From: the human T2T-CHM13v2.0 reference genome, Homo sapiens
Assembly (NCBI RefSeq): GCF_009914755.1
Contig: NC_060936.1
Reading direction: 5' to 3' (one strand)
Length of the DNA: 64,000 nt
Of this stretch, positions 30,823 through 46,020 are shown piece after piece; the stretch's first letter is position 1, and every line of letters begins with the position of its first letter. A program made the position numbers and the translations under genes. The notes beneath the pieces are model-generated. The model had not been told where the DNA came from. It saw only the letters and a list, made by a program, of their open reading frames with translations, and did no database searches.

Positions 30823-31002
30823 ATGTATGAAGGAGTTGATGGAGAGGAAAGTGTGTGGAAAATAAAATAATAGCTTAATATATTTTACATATATAGGGGC
30901 TCAACCAGATAGTTCAGAAGCATAAAATTGCTCTGTGAGAACAAGGAATATTTTAAAAAATCATGGTAGAGAAAGAGTCAATGTCCCAAGTTGATGACTG
31001 TG

Positions 31003-31285
31003 CTTTTTTATTTTTTATTTTTTATTTTTATTTTTGACAACAGTCCTACTCTGTCGCCCAGGCTGGAATGCAGTGGCATGATCTCAAGTGATTCTCCTGT
31101 CTCAGCCTCATGAGTAGCTGGAATTATAGGCACGCGTCACCATGCCCAGCTAATTTTTGTATTTTTAGTAGAGATGGGGCTTTGCCATGTTGGCCAGGCT
31201 AATCTTGAACTCCTGACCTCAGTGGTCCGCCCGCCTCTGCCTCCCAAAGTGCTGGGATAACAGGCATGAGCCACCGCGCCCGGCT
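31003..31285 (-). mobile_element. AluS with internal deletion
   Basis: atctcaagtgattc junction; TSD gatga(c/t)tgtg. Confidence 0.92.
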
Positions 31286-31399
31286 GATGATTGTGTTTTT
31301 ATTATTGCATAACATTTTCTTCCCTTAGGATCTGGGCATCCTGACATTATACATATTGTGTTGCTAGTGTGTTGCTTACCTTGCTGGGATATACACTAG

Positions 31400-31760
31400 G
31401 AGGTAGTGAGGTATGGTAGGAAGAGCATTCATTCAGATTCAGAAACAGCAGGCTTTGGTCTTGTCCGAGCCCAGTACTGGCCATGTGCCCTAACTTGCTG
31501 GGCTTCAGCTGTCACACCTAGAAATCGAAAAAATGGCCTTTGTTTTGTCTACTTTCCAGGAATGTTGTAGGAATCAAATGACTAGATGAATGTGAGTGAA
31601 GACTGTGAGTGGATATACTTATTTATATCTTTTAAACTGTAAGTTCTAGATCATCGGTTGGATCTGTCTTGTTCACTATTTCATCCATAGCTCCTAGCAA
31701 GTACGTAACCCACAGTCAGATTTAAGAACAAAAAAAGTGTTGAGGGAATGGATGAATACC
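31400..31760 (+). mobile_element. MIR followed by an L2 3' end
   Basis: MIR core (ggcttcagctgtcacacctagaaa); tctgtcttgttcact...gaatggatgaat. Confidence 0.5.
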
Positions 31761-32334
31761 AGCACATACACTGATAACTAGTCATGCAGAATACAGAAAT
31801 ACCCATTGTGTGTGTGTGTGTGTTTGTGTGTGGTTGTGTCCCATTAATGTAATGATGGCTGGTGTTATAAATTCCAGAATACATACAGGCTCATACATAA
31901 TTGATGATTAATTCTTTTTCGACAAATCCCAAATGCTTGTTCCAGATCACATGGTGGCTCTCTTGCGAGCAGCAATTAGAGGGACTCAGGCCCTTGTGTC
32001 TTGTGGCTTTTGCGTTTTCACCAGGTGGCTTCCTAGATGGATGGAAGAATCTGTGACAAGGTGGCAAGAAAGGCACGGACAAGTGGAGAAAGCTCACCTG
32101 CACCATAAGCTCCCTGGGCCCCGTGTACTACATGTCACTCCTGCTGGCCTTGCATTGGCAAGATTCACTTACATGGCCCTTACACGGCCCCACATAGAGG
32201 CAAAGGCCTCTGGGAAATGTGATCTTGGGCTGGGAAGTTTCTTTCTAGCTAGAACCCCGCACCTTGGAAGGAGATGCCATCTTTGAAGGAGACTTGGTCA
32301 TGTCTACCCTAGTGTGACTATTTACCAAACCCAG

Positions 32335-32922
32335 TGTGGTGGGCAGCTTTCTGCAGGGCTCCCAATCACCCCTGCCTCTTGATACTCATGCCTGCAGGTA
32401 ACCCTTCCTCTTGAATGTGGGTTCAGTCTAATGTGTTCCTTCTAATGTATAGAATGTCATGAAAGTGCTTAAATGTCACTTCTTGATTGGTTATGAAAGA
32501 CTGTGACTTCTGATGGCTGGGTGTTCTCCCTCTGCTTCTTGACCCATGTTTATTCTGATGGAGAGGGCAACACAGCAAGGATCTGATCTTTGACCAACAG
32601 CCAGCAAAGAGCTCAAGCCTCAGTCCAACAGCCTAGGAGGTACTGAGTCATTTTCCAGAAACCACTGGATGAGTTTGGAAGCAGATCCTGCCCCAGCTCA
32701 ACCTTGAGATGGCGGCAACCTCAGCTGTTGCCTTTGTAGGAGCCTTGTGAGGAACCGTGGGCTGGAACCTTGATTACAGCCTTCGGAGACAGCATGAAGT
32801 AGAGCGCTCGGCCAAGCTAAGCTGGGATGTCAGAGCCACAGAAATTGTGAGAAAAGTGTGTGCTGTTTTACATCTCTACGTTTTGGGGTAATTTGTTACA
32901 CAGCAATAGATAACTAATTGCA
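32335..32922 (+). mobile_element. MLT1F-like LTR
   Basis: tgtggtgggcagc...aatttgttacacagcaatagataactaa. Confidence 0.8.
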
Positions 32923-33016
32923 TACAGATTCTAGCTTAGGAATGGGCAGTCCAAGACAGCTCAAGAAGGTAGGAAGTTGGAACCTCATCATCAGTCTCTT
33001 AGCATAAAAGTATATA

Positions 33017-33393
<377 letters not shown>

Positions 33394-33526
33394 TTACTCA
33401 TTGGTCTGCCTTGGGTTATGTGATTGCTCCTCACAGAAGAGAATGGGGCATTCTTGCAGCTTCACATACTGTTGCTTTAATCAACTCCTATTCACCTCAT
33501 TGGTGAGGGAGGAATTGCTGCCCTAA

Positions 33527-34005
33527 TGTGAGGAGGATAACCAAACACACCACACCTGACACTGGACAAATGAGATTTATTAATCACGTATACTCAGCCC
33601 AGGGGAGAAGGACACAGGACACCCTGGAAGGCCACTGTGGGTTGCACTCGTTAGTAGCTGACACTTCATGTGGATGATTTTACATAAGAAAAATGATGCA
33701 GCCCCTGAAACAGGGGCGGTGGGAGGCAGGCTTTGTAGTATAAAGAGGCCAGGGTGACCCTCATTCTCACAGGAAGATACGATTGGCTTGTTGGAATAAT
33801 TCCACTGGTTGGCAAAAAACTAAAGGCTGCTTCTCAGGACCAAGAGCTGTGCCTGGTCTGTTTGATAAGGAGGGTTTTTGAGCCAGGGGATCTTATCTGT
33901 GAGAGCAGGTGGGTAGTGGAACTTGGGCTTAATCAATTTGAGTTTCTCCTGATTCCTCCAGATGTCAAGGGAGCACATAATATTGGGCCTTCATTTTAGA
34001 ACTTA
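33527..34005 (-). mobile_element. ERVL solo LTR (MER74/LTR53-like)
   Basis: tgtgaggaggataacc...ggaggcaggctttgtagta...gattggcttgttggaataattcc. Confidence 0.6.
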
Positions 34006-34770
34006 CTCCAAAACTGTTCAATGAATAAAAAATAATTTTAGCCTAATAAATAGGATGATATTAAGAAAAGAAACTGGAAAGGTACATAAAAAATAAATCA
34101 AATAGGGAATATCCACCTCATTTGGTAGTGCAGTTTTTTTTCTTATCTTTCATCTCTCAGTGGTGAACATTATTTGCATAACAAGGCTCCAATCAACCAT
34201 CAGTCCTGTGCAAACCAAAGGAATTTTAACCCATTTTTTTTCTAGTTGATTATTCATACTGGCATTACTTGTCTATATGTAAGCACGTTCCTACATCTTG
34301 ATTTAGTTCAAAGCATAAGAACTATTGATGTGCAATTAATTACTATTCATCATGGGATAAAATAGAAGCCAACATGATTGAGCCAATTGTTAGCAGGAGC
34401 TGAAGATTTCCATTTAATAAAAAAGTGATAAATTTAAGCCTAATAAAAGCCTAAAATACCAAATTAAGCCTTTATTTTTCATTTTCTCAGCATTTTCAGA
34501 TGCGTGTTCTCTGTTACAAAGAACTTAGAGAGGGAGAGGGCTACGTGTGGACCGATGATCAATTATGAATCCAACCAAGGCTTCTTCTGCACATTTAGCT
34601 GAAAGCCTGTGCAGGAAAAATATGTATTATTTTGTGCAATACCTTTGTAATAAAGAATAAAGCCCACAATCTATTCAGTTTTTCCTTCTCCACACTGAGA
34701 TCATTTTACTCTGCGTTGGCATTCTTAGCCAGATTGCTTTTTAAACCAGATTCCAATGTACTCACTTTAA

Positions 34771-35387
<617 letters not shown>

Positions 35388-35901
35388 CCTTATTTTATCC
35401 TTTGAATTAGCTCCCTAATCTTTCTGGGGTCAGTTGCTTCCTTTCTTTTTGTGACACGAATCATTATCTGGAACTGGGCTTTCTGATGATCTCCTCATTG
35501 ATCCCCTCACCTTCATTTTTATCTGCCGCAGTTCACCCTATTCACTTCCAAGTAAATTAATTTCTCTTCCTAGGATAGATCTCTTTTAGTTCTGTGTGTA
35601 TGTATGAATACAAATAAAACTGGGTGACTCTGTATATAAATAGATTTACAAATGGATGGGGGATTGAAACAGCCTCTCTCCTCACCCATTAGGGTACAAC
35701 CAGATGCCTGACATGCAAAAGGGCTATGGACAAGTAAAGTTTTTTTTTTAATTGCTTGTGAGCTATACTTTAGTAAAGCTGACATAAAACATAAATCTGT
35801 ATGTATATAGATTTACCCAGATTTATTTGTACTCGTATATATAGTTGGTTAGAAGCTACTCACAGGTCCTGCCTATACTCTATACATAATAGAAACTTAA
35901 A

Positions 35902-36412
35902 TTTTTTTTTGTTATACTTTAAGTTCTGGGATACAAGTGCCGAACATTAAGGTTTGTTACATAGGTATACACGTGCCATGATGGTTTGCTGCATCCATCA
36001 ACCCGTCATCTACATTAGGTATTTCTCCTAATGCTATCCCTCCCACTCCCTGACAGGCCCCGGTGCGTGTGATGTTCCCCTCCCTGTGTCCATTTGTTCT
36101 CATTGTTCAACTCCCACTTATGAGTGAGAACATGCAGTGTTTGGTTTTCCGTGCTTTTGTTAGTTTGCTGAGAATGATGGTTTCCAGCTTCATCCATGTC
36201 CCTGCAAAGGACATGAACTCCTCCATTTTTATGGCTGCATAGTATTCCATGGTGTATATGTGACACATTCTCTATCCAGTCTATCACTGATGGGCATTTG
36301 GGTTGGTTCCAAGTCTTTGCTATTGTGAACAGTGCCACAGTAAACATATGTGTGCATGTGTCTTTGCTCATTGCATGATTTATAATACTTTGGGTATATA
36401 CCCTGTAAGATT
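35902..36412 (-). mobile_element. L1PA7/8-like 3' end, 5'-truncated
   Basis: ttatactttaagttctggg; TSD cataatagaaacttaaa at 35885-35901 and 36413-36429. Confidence 0.92.
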
Positions 36413-36489
36413 CATAATAGAAACTTAAAACAACAATATACATACAGATTTACCCAGTTTTGTTTGTAGTCATGTGTGTGTGTCCCTGG

Positions 36490-36678
36490 TTTTCTTTTTC
36501 TATTGTGATAAAATAAGCAAAACCCAGAGTTAACCATTTTAACCATTTTTAAGTGTAAAGTTCAGTGGCATTGAGAATATTCACAATGTAGTGTAACCAT
36601 CATCAATCATCTAGCTCCAGAACTTTTTCATCATCCCATACTAAAACTCCTTGCCCATTAAACAATACCTCCCCAGTC
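36490..36678 (-). mobile_element. L1MB 3' fragment
   Basis: ttaaccatttttaagtgtaaagttcagtggcatt. Confidence 0.7.
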
Positions 36679-36859
36679 ACTGAGATCCACATTCATGAAG
36701 ATGGAGAGTGAGTTTTATAATCTCCAGGGATGATCCACAATCTCCTGTGGATGAGCGAGTTGAGACACACGTTCTTTAAATTATCCATCAGATAATATCA
36801 GCCAGCCCTGCTGGCTCCCGAATGGCTTCCTGTGGTTGGCTTAAAAAATGCCTGGCTGC

Positions 36860-37172
<313 letters not shown>

Positions 37173-37309
37173 TCAGTATTTTTAGCCTTTTTCGTGTGTA
37201 TTTTACTTGCTGTTCACCCTTTCGCATTTCAGGAATCTGGCTGTGCCCTAGTGGGTGAGGAAGAAGAGGCTGTTCCAATCCCCTATCCACAGGTGGGAAG
37301 ACTGAGGCC

Positions 37310-37655
37310 AAGGGCTCACACATCAGCATCATGAGCATCACTTGTAGGGCTTGGAAACCACACATCAACGGTCCCCATCCTTCTGCACACCTGAGGATCC
37401 TTACAAATTAATGCTATCTTGTTCCACCCCAAACAGGTGCTTTAATTGGCGCTTGGCATGACGTGGGCACTGGGGACAGGGAATTAAAGTCTTCCCAGTT
37501 AATGCTAATATGCAGCAAAGTCGTATCGTGCAGACTTAGGGTGTCATCCCCACCCTAGAGTTGCTGGGCTGAAGCCTGGGAATTTGCAGTTGTAACATGT
37601 TCCCAGGTGGCGCTGACGTTGCTGGTCTGGAGGCCATACGTTGATAGCCTCTGGG
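37310..37655. mobile_element. MER5-family (hAT-Charlie) fragments
   Basis: gagcatcacttg; gaatttgcagttgtaacatgttcccaggtg. Confidence 0.5.
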
Positions 37656-38227
37656 CAAGGGCGCCCTGGCAGAGGTTGGAGGGAATCTGGTCTCCTGGTC
37701 TCATGTGAGGGGTGTGGTCATCAGTGATGCAGCTTGAACGGGGGCAGGTCTGGAACTTTGATGTAGGAAAAACCACAATTCACTTTTCAAACCTTCTCCT
37801 GGAAGGTGCAATCTTTAGAATAGACTCTAACGTTTCAAAATGATCACAAGAGACAGGTTTGGCAAGCACGTTTGTTTTCTTGGTGTAGAGACAGATTTCT
37901 GGTGCTTCCTACTTTGCTCTTTTCCCTAACATCACTTCTATATTTTTAATATACTTAAATACTATATTAATCGATGGAGAAGGAGTATAAAAAGGAGGGA
38001 AGCTAGAAATTTGCTAAAAATCATTTAGTTATACACTTCAATGGACTGGATATTTTGGTATGTAAATTGCACCTCAATAAAACTGTTAAGAAACTTTGCC
38101 AACTGTGATGATAGTCACATGACAGTGTACCTTTGTCAAAACACTTCTAATGGTAAATTTTAAATGGGTGAATTCTATTGCTTGCGAGCTATACTTTAGT
38201 ACAACTGACATAAAACAATGAAAGAAT

Positions 38228-38522
<295 letters not shown>

Positions 38523-38616
38523 AAAACAATGAAACAAAGGCTTATTTCCCTGAAAACTAAGTTAAATGCATTGGACATCTTTATGTGAGTTCCTTTAAAA
38601 GTACTTTCATACTTAG

Positions 38617-39150
38617 TGTATCACTTATCAATTGCTGCATAGCACATTACCACACATGAGGAAGATGAAAACAACACATATTTATTATCTCACAGATTCG
38701 GTCAGGAGTCTGGGCATAGCTTAGCTTGGTCCTCTGTATTATGGTCTCTCACAGGGCTGCAATCAAAGTGCCAGCCAAGGCTGAGATCTCATGGGAAGGT
38801 GTGACCAGGGAAAGATCAGCTTCCAAGCTCATGTGATTGCTGGCAGAATTCAGTTTCTTTCAGACTCTTGGCTGAAAGCTACTCTCCAGTCTCGACACGT
38901 GAGCCTCTCCAGCATTGTCACTTGCTACATCAACATGTGCAAACCAAAAAGGTAACAGAGTCAGCCAGCAAGATGACAGCCAGAGCTTAGGCAATTTCAT
39001 CAGACAAATGGCATTCCATCACTTCTGTTAAATCCGGTCGGTTAGAAGCCATTCACAGGTCCTGCCTATACTCAAAGGGAAAGGATTACATAATGGTGTG
39101 AAATTCCAAAACACGTAGGTGGGTCAGCATCTTAGAGGCTTCCTGCCATA
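38617..39150 (-). mobile_element. MLT1E/F-like LTR
   Basis: atttattatctcacag...ggtcaggagtctgggcatagcttagc...catcttagaggcttcctgccata. Confidence 0.72.
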
Positions 39151-39260
39151 TTAGGTATAAACAAGATATTCTAAAAATTAGATAAAATTTTAAAAATTGA
39201 GGCTTATTAACACAGATTGCTTTCCAGGTACTTTATGTTCTTCCTTCATGATAAGAAAAT

Positions 39261-39567
39261 TGGCTGGGTGCAGTGGCTCACACCTGTAAGCCCAGCACTT
39301 TTGGAGGCCAAGGCGGGATGATTGGTTCAGTCTCGGAGTTTGAGACCAGCCTGGTCAAGATAGTGAGACCCTGTCTCTAAAAACAAACAAACAAATATAT
39401 ATATATCTGCCCCTGGCATGGTGGTGTGTGCCTGTAGTCCCGCCTACTTAGGAGGCTGAGTTGGGGGGATTGCTTGGGCCCAGGAGGTTGAGGCTACAGT
39501 GAGCCATGATCCCCACACTGAATTCCAGTCTGGGTGACAGAGTGAGATTCTGTCTCAGAAAAAAAAG
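39261..39567 (+). mobile_element. AluJ
   Basis: Diverged dimer; ggaggttgaggctacagtgagc. Confidence 0.9.
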
Positions 39568-39678
39568 AAAATTAAAGATGGACACTATAGTAGGTGATAA
39601 CATGATGGGAGTGGTTTACATAAAGATGATGCAGAGCTTCAGTCTGCAAAATGAAAACTAGAGAAAAGTTCTTATTCC

Positions 39679-40270
39679 TTGTCTTAGTTTAGGTTCCTCT
39701 GAAATCAGAGCCTGGGAAAGAGTTTGGGATAATGTAGCTTATTAGAAAGTAATTCAAGGAAACCGAAGTCAGGGAGTAGGAAAGGTGAGACAAGGATGGG
39801 AGAAAAGTGAATAAGGGGTGTATTAATATGCTAAATACCACTGTATCAGTGAGTGTGTTCTAAGGAACTTCTCCCACAATAGAAACTTAAAGCACTAACT
39901 ATTTATCTCAAGGTTTTGTGGGTCAGCAATTTTGGTTGGGTTTTGGATGAACTACTCATATGTCAAAGGTGACTCTGTTGGACTGAAGGGGTGTGCTAGT
40001 CCTGGGTAGCTCTTGTCATGTGTCTGTCACTCGGGTGATTATTGGCAGTGGACAAAGACATGTAGGGTATGTGACTGCCCTCATCCATTAGCCTAGCTTG
40101 AGTTTATTCATACGGAACTGGTAGGACTCCAAATACTGCAATTGCAGAAGCTGCAAAAATTCATGAACCTGAGGCTTAGAACTCATACAAAGATGTGAGT
40201 TCCACATTCTGTTGGTCATAGCAAATTATAAGATCAGCTGGACTGGAAAGGTTTGGAAAGTAACTACTTT
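39679..40270 (-). mobile_element. Old ERVL LTR fragment and MLT1 fragment
   Basis: tgtcttagtttaggttcctctgaaatcagagcctg; ttttgtgggtcagcaattttgg. Confidence 0.5.
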
Positions 40271-40279
40271 CCAAATTAT

Positions 40280-41640
<1,361 letters not shown>

Positions 41641-42605
41641 ATAAATACATATGCAGTGTTCAATGTCAATATACAATTCTTCCATGTGGGCTTACCTGGT
41701 CTCCTCGGACACCCCCAACCTGGAGTCCTCTGACTCAGCTGTCTTGATGTGGCTACTGCTTCTCTGTCTACTCATGACTTGCCCTTCAGCCTCTTGGGTT
41801 ACCATGACTCAACCTGTGCAGCCTCTGTTTGCTGTAGTTCCTTTGCCCTCCCTTGGACACTTTCCATGGTAAAATCCTTAAAAATGTTCCCAAGCCAATT
41901 CTCTCTCACAAAGAAGAAGAGCGGAGTCACATGTCATCCCCAGAAAACACACACCTTCGCCATTGGTAGGAGTGACACTCACCCTCCATGCCTCCTCCTT
42001 CTGTCTTTGCCTGTCGTCAGATTGTCAGTTACAACCAAAATTCTTCACTTTTAAATTTCTTCTGGTGGGGCTTATATTCCTCTCTTCATTTTTGCAACTC
42101 CCAAGTATCTTATGTTACATTTTGTTTTTCTCTTGAAAACTCCAACTTAGTTTGATGCAAGGAAGGCACCCCACACTGTCCCCCATGAATATCAGAAAAT
42201 ACAGTCTGCCTCAGCAACCCTATTAAAAGACTTCATTGCTTTTGGCCTTTGACTTAACACCTCATTCTGGAAAGAGGCAAGTGACGGGTAGTGTCTGAGA
42301 GCCCCTCTAAGGCTCTCTTGGAGTATCCTGCCTGTGCAGGTTCAGCAGACGACCAGCGATGCTGAAGCCCTGGCACTCTGACTCAGCATATACTGCCTGG
42401 GTGGTTCCGCTGATCACTGAAGCTGCAGGATGAGGAGGCAGTTGACCTGCCTGTTTTAACCTTGGCATTTTGGGACCAGCCAAACCAAGACAGAGTCCCA
42501 TTTCAACATCCTGTTACTTGTGTGCTTTCCTTATAAGAGGTTCACAGCTTTCGTCATATTATCCAAAAAGCTTATGTCATCGAAAAGAGGTTAAGAACTA
42601 CCATA

Positions 42606-42677
42606 TACCCTAAAACTTAAAGTATAATAATAATAATAATAAAAAGAAATCAAGAAACCAAGATTTTCATATAAAAA
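42606..42677 (+). mobile_element. Extremely truncated young L1PA 3' tip with extra sequence and a second A tail
   Basis: taccctaaaacttaaagtataataa is identical to the L1 end at about 4560; TSD aagaactac(c/t)atata at 42593-42607 and 42678-42692. Confidence 0.85.
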
Positions 42678-42939
42678 AAGAACTACTATATAGACAATAT
42701 TTGCTCACCTGAATTTTAATAAATGCATTCATCACAGTTGTGCAGCAATTTTTTTTCCTGCTCAATACTGGGACTCAAAAAAAAAAAAAATCCATCCAAA
42801 GTTTGTGTGACTGCCATAGTCCAAAACTAAAGTCTGGATTAAATACCTGTGATCAAGGGACATTTTGTGCTGGAATTAATCTTATTTTTTGAGCTTTACT
42901 TCATGGTACTACCACTAGCAAAAAACTGTTTTTGAAGTC

Positions 42940-43120
42940 TTGTGGTGTTCTGGATTTGGCTTTCAAGGGCTGATTGTATGCATCTCTCTCTAATTCTAGG
43001 TTTGAGTTTCCCTGAAATTGGCCACTGTGGGTGTATTTACACCAAGGAAATTGGCAAACACTAAAAATTCAGGGTTTATTTTCAGAGATCCAGTTGTTAA
43101 ATCTTTATCATGTATCATTA
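42940..43120. mobile_element. MER63A-like hAT MITE
   Basis: gtatttacaccaaggaaattggcaaac...ccagttgttaaa. Confidence 0.55.
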
Positions 43121-43314
43121 GACAAGACTCTCATCTGGAAAGATGTTGCTTGATCCAGAGAAACAAACATTAATTTTTTTAAAAAAAATTTGAGACACAT
43201 ATCAATCCTGCAGAAAAGTATAGAGAATAATAAAACAAACATTTGTGTTCCCATCTCTAGACATTTTTAAATCTTTATTTTGCCATTTGGTTTTAGGAGG
43301 GAGGGAAAAAGATG

Positions 43315-43319
<5 letters not shown>

Positions 43320-43367
<48 letters not shown>
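43320..43367. repeat. (TG)n(AG)n microsatellite
   Basis: Direct reading. Confidence 0.97.
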
Positions 43368-44089
43368 AAATGCATGAGAGTGTGCTTTTTGTTTTGATAA
43401 TGGAAAAAATATAATTTTTCAATTCTGCAGTAAGCTAAAACTATTGCATTAATTTAGTTTGGGGTGCAACTAAACTAAAATTTTGTATATAATCTGCTTA
43501 GATAATTATAGGTATGTTGCTGTGCCATCTAACTATTTTTAAAGGCAGAATATGAAATGTCTGCTATTACTTTTGGTTCTCTGAGCCCATGTTTCCAATA
43601 CTCACTAAACCTCATCTTCATAAATAGTGCTGTGCTAGGACCAGTGACTGGAAAAATATCAGTCCTTCATCTTCAGAAATTCATAGCAAAATTGCAGAGT
43701 AAAACTTATTATTAATAAATATTTCTATGTGGAAAAAGAATAATAACGTTATTTTATAATTAATAATGACAGTTATTATTAACTGAGAAGTAGACTTAAA
43801 AGGTAATAGTGGTGTTGATTACTTCACATCTAGTATCTCATTTTCTCCCTAACCACCCAATGAACCAGGTACTCTAATTTTTCACATTTTATGGATTTGA
43901 AAATTGGATTTACCTAAAATATAACTTTTATACATAGCAAGTATCAGTTTCAGGAATGGAACCCATTCCTCTCTGACTCTAAATCCATGTTCCTCACCAC
44001 TGAAGACTGATCAACTCAAGTGGATGTTTCATGGTGGGGGGTGGGGGTGTGACTGGAGGATGCTTGTTGGGCCATTTGCGTGGGCCCTT

Positions 44090-44494
44090 TGTGTTAGGCT
44101 GTTTTCATATTGCTGTAAAGAAATACCTGAGACTGGGTCATTTATAAAGAAAAGAGGTTTAATTGGCTCACAGTTCTGCAGGCTGTACAAGCATGGTGCC
44201 AGCATCCGCTCTGTTTCTGGGGAGACCTCAGGCAGCTTTTACTCATGGCAGAAGGTGAAATGGGAGCAGGCACCATACATGGAAAGAGTGGGAGCAGAAG
44301 AGAGTGAGGCTGGAGGTGCCACACACTTAAACAACCAGATCTTGCAGCTACTCACTCACTATTGCAAGGACAGCACCAGGCCATGAGGGATCCATTCCCA
44401 TGACCCAAACACCTGCCATCAGGCTCCACCTCCAACGATGGGGATTACATTCCGACAAGAGATTTGAGTGTGGACAAGTATCCAAACTATATTA
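44090..44494 (-). mobile_element. MST (MSTA/B-like) solo LTR
   Basis: ggctcacagttctgcaggctgtacaagcatgg...tatccaaactata. Confidence 0.88.
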
Positions 44495-45899
44495 TACTGA
44501 ATTCCTTATTGACCTCAGGTGAATTCTTTAGAGTTATCTGCAAGGAAAGCTGCGGCACTAAGAGAGTGCCATTGAAGGATGGGAAGAAGACAGTCCTTGA
44601 ACAACTTGAAGCTTACATCTTATTTCCCCAATACGAATTTGCAGTTGCTGTAAATTAACATTTTAACAAATGCCATAATTACAAGTGACTACCATAATTA
44701 TGTTACAATGCTTTTGCATGTGTTGACAGTATTTATTTAGAAAATGTCAATATTAATATATGCCACAGTTTCTGTCAACTTGTGTTGACATTGCTCTTTA
44801 AAAGAAAAAGAGGAATTTGCTGGGCTTCTCTTGTCTTTAGATGGACCCATATCTTGTAAATAAATTGTTGCTGGTTTTTAAAAAAAAATCCATGTGTATA
44901 AGTGATAAGAGATGTTCCTGACACGGGAAGGGTTCCACACAGTGGAGGGACTGAATATGATAATGGCCAGTGTTTGTTTATCCAAATACAATTTTTCTTA
45001 ATCAAACAAAAACACACAAACCCAGGAAAATTAGCACTTTCCTCGAACGCCAAATGTCCTCATCTTTTCTTGGAGATGTGTTTTCTATGCTGAGGCAGCC
45101 TTGACCTCAGGTGAAAGGGAAAAGCCCCCCTCCACCTGATTAGAGTAAATGATGGGTAAGGAAGCCATCACACCTGCCCATGCAGCTGAGCGGCAGCACA
45201 GGGTGAGCATGGCAAATGAGCAAGGAGAGTGGCCATGGCCTCTACTTCATGATTCTGCAGCCACGGCCTGAGGAGGCTGCACTCCAAGGGGTGAGGAAAA
45301 GCACAGCTGCCCAGCTGTTGTGGTTTTCTGGCTCTGAGACACCTGTTGAGCCAGCATGAACACAGCTCACTCTGGCCATTGGTCCTCAGCAGGTGCCACT
45401 GATGCAGCCCTGTATTCATTTTCCATGGAACCTTTCAGTGTCTCTTATCACAGAAATCAATACACATTGTGAGCCCCATTTTAACAAGAAAGGCAATTGT
45501 CAGGGCAATGATCACTACTGCAAAATAAAGTATTTTCTAGAGCATGTTTCCACAGTACCAATTTAACCGGGATAAAGAAGAATTTGCTGAAAATTTGACA
45601 TTTTCGTGGTATTACACTGGTTATATTTTTAGGATATTATTTCCTAATTGAGTGAACTGTCTAGATTTTCCAATAGCTCCCAAATACTAAAAGCGTTAGA
45701 AAACTTTAGTGTGGATTCTGATATTTTCTCAGTAAAACCTTACTGTCTGGGACTATATAGCTCCAAAGTCGTTAATAAACGTAATTTTCCCAAATAAAAT
45801 TTCCCAGCAGCCCAAATTCTTTCTCTGGAAGGGGAGCTTTAGCTTTGGTGTCAAATGCTTGTTACATGATCTTTGGCTTAAATGGGCTGACTTGGCACC

Positions 45900-46020
45900 C
45901 ACGTGTTTTAAAGGCGTTTCCATTGACCTTCGAGGACACTCAGTGCCCCCTAGTGGATCACACGTGCAGCCTCCACCAACACCCAGCACGTCGGTGACGT
46001 CAATTCCCGCCCCGCAGCCG
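45900..46020. promoter_or_regulatory. Candidate CTCF-bound promoter/enhancer module
   Basis: CCACTAGGGGGCACTG on the minus strand at 45941-45956; CACGTG at 45900 and 45961; TGACGTCA at 45995-46002; CCCGCCCCGC at 46006-46015; about 10 CpGs in 120 bp. Confidence 0.7.
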
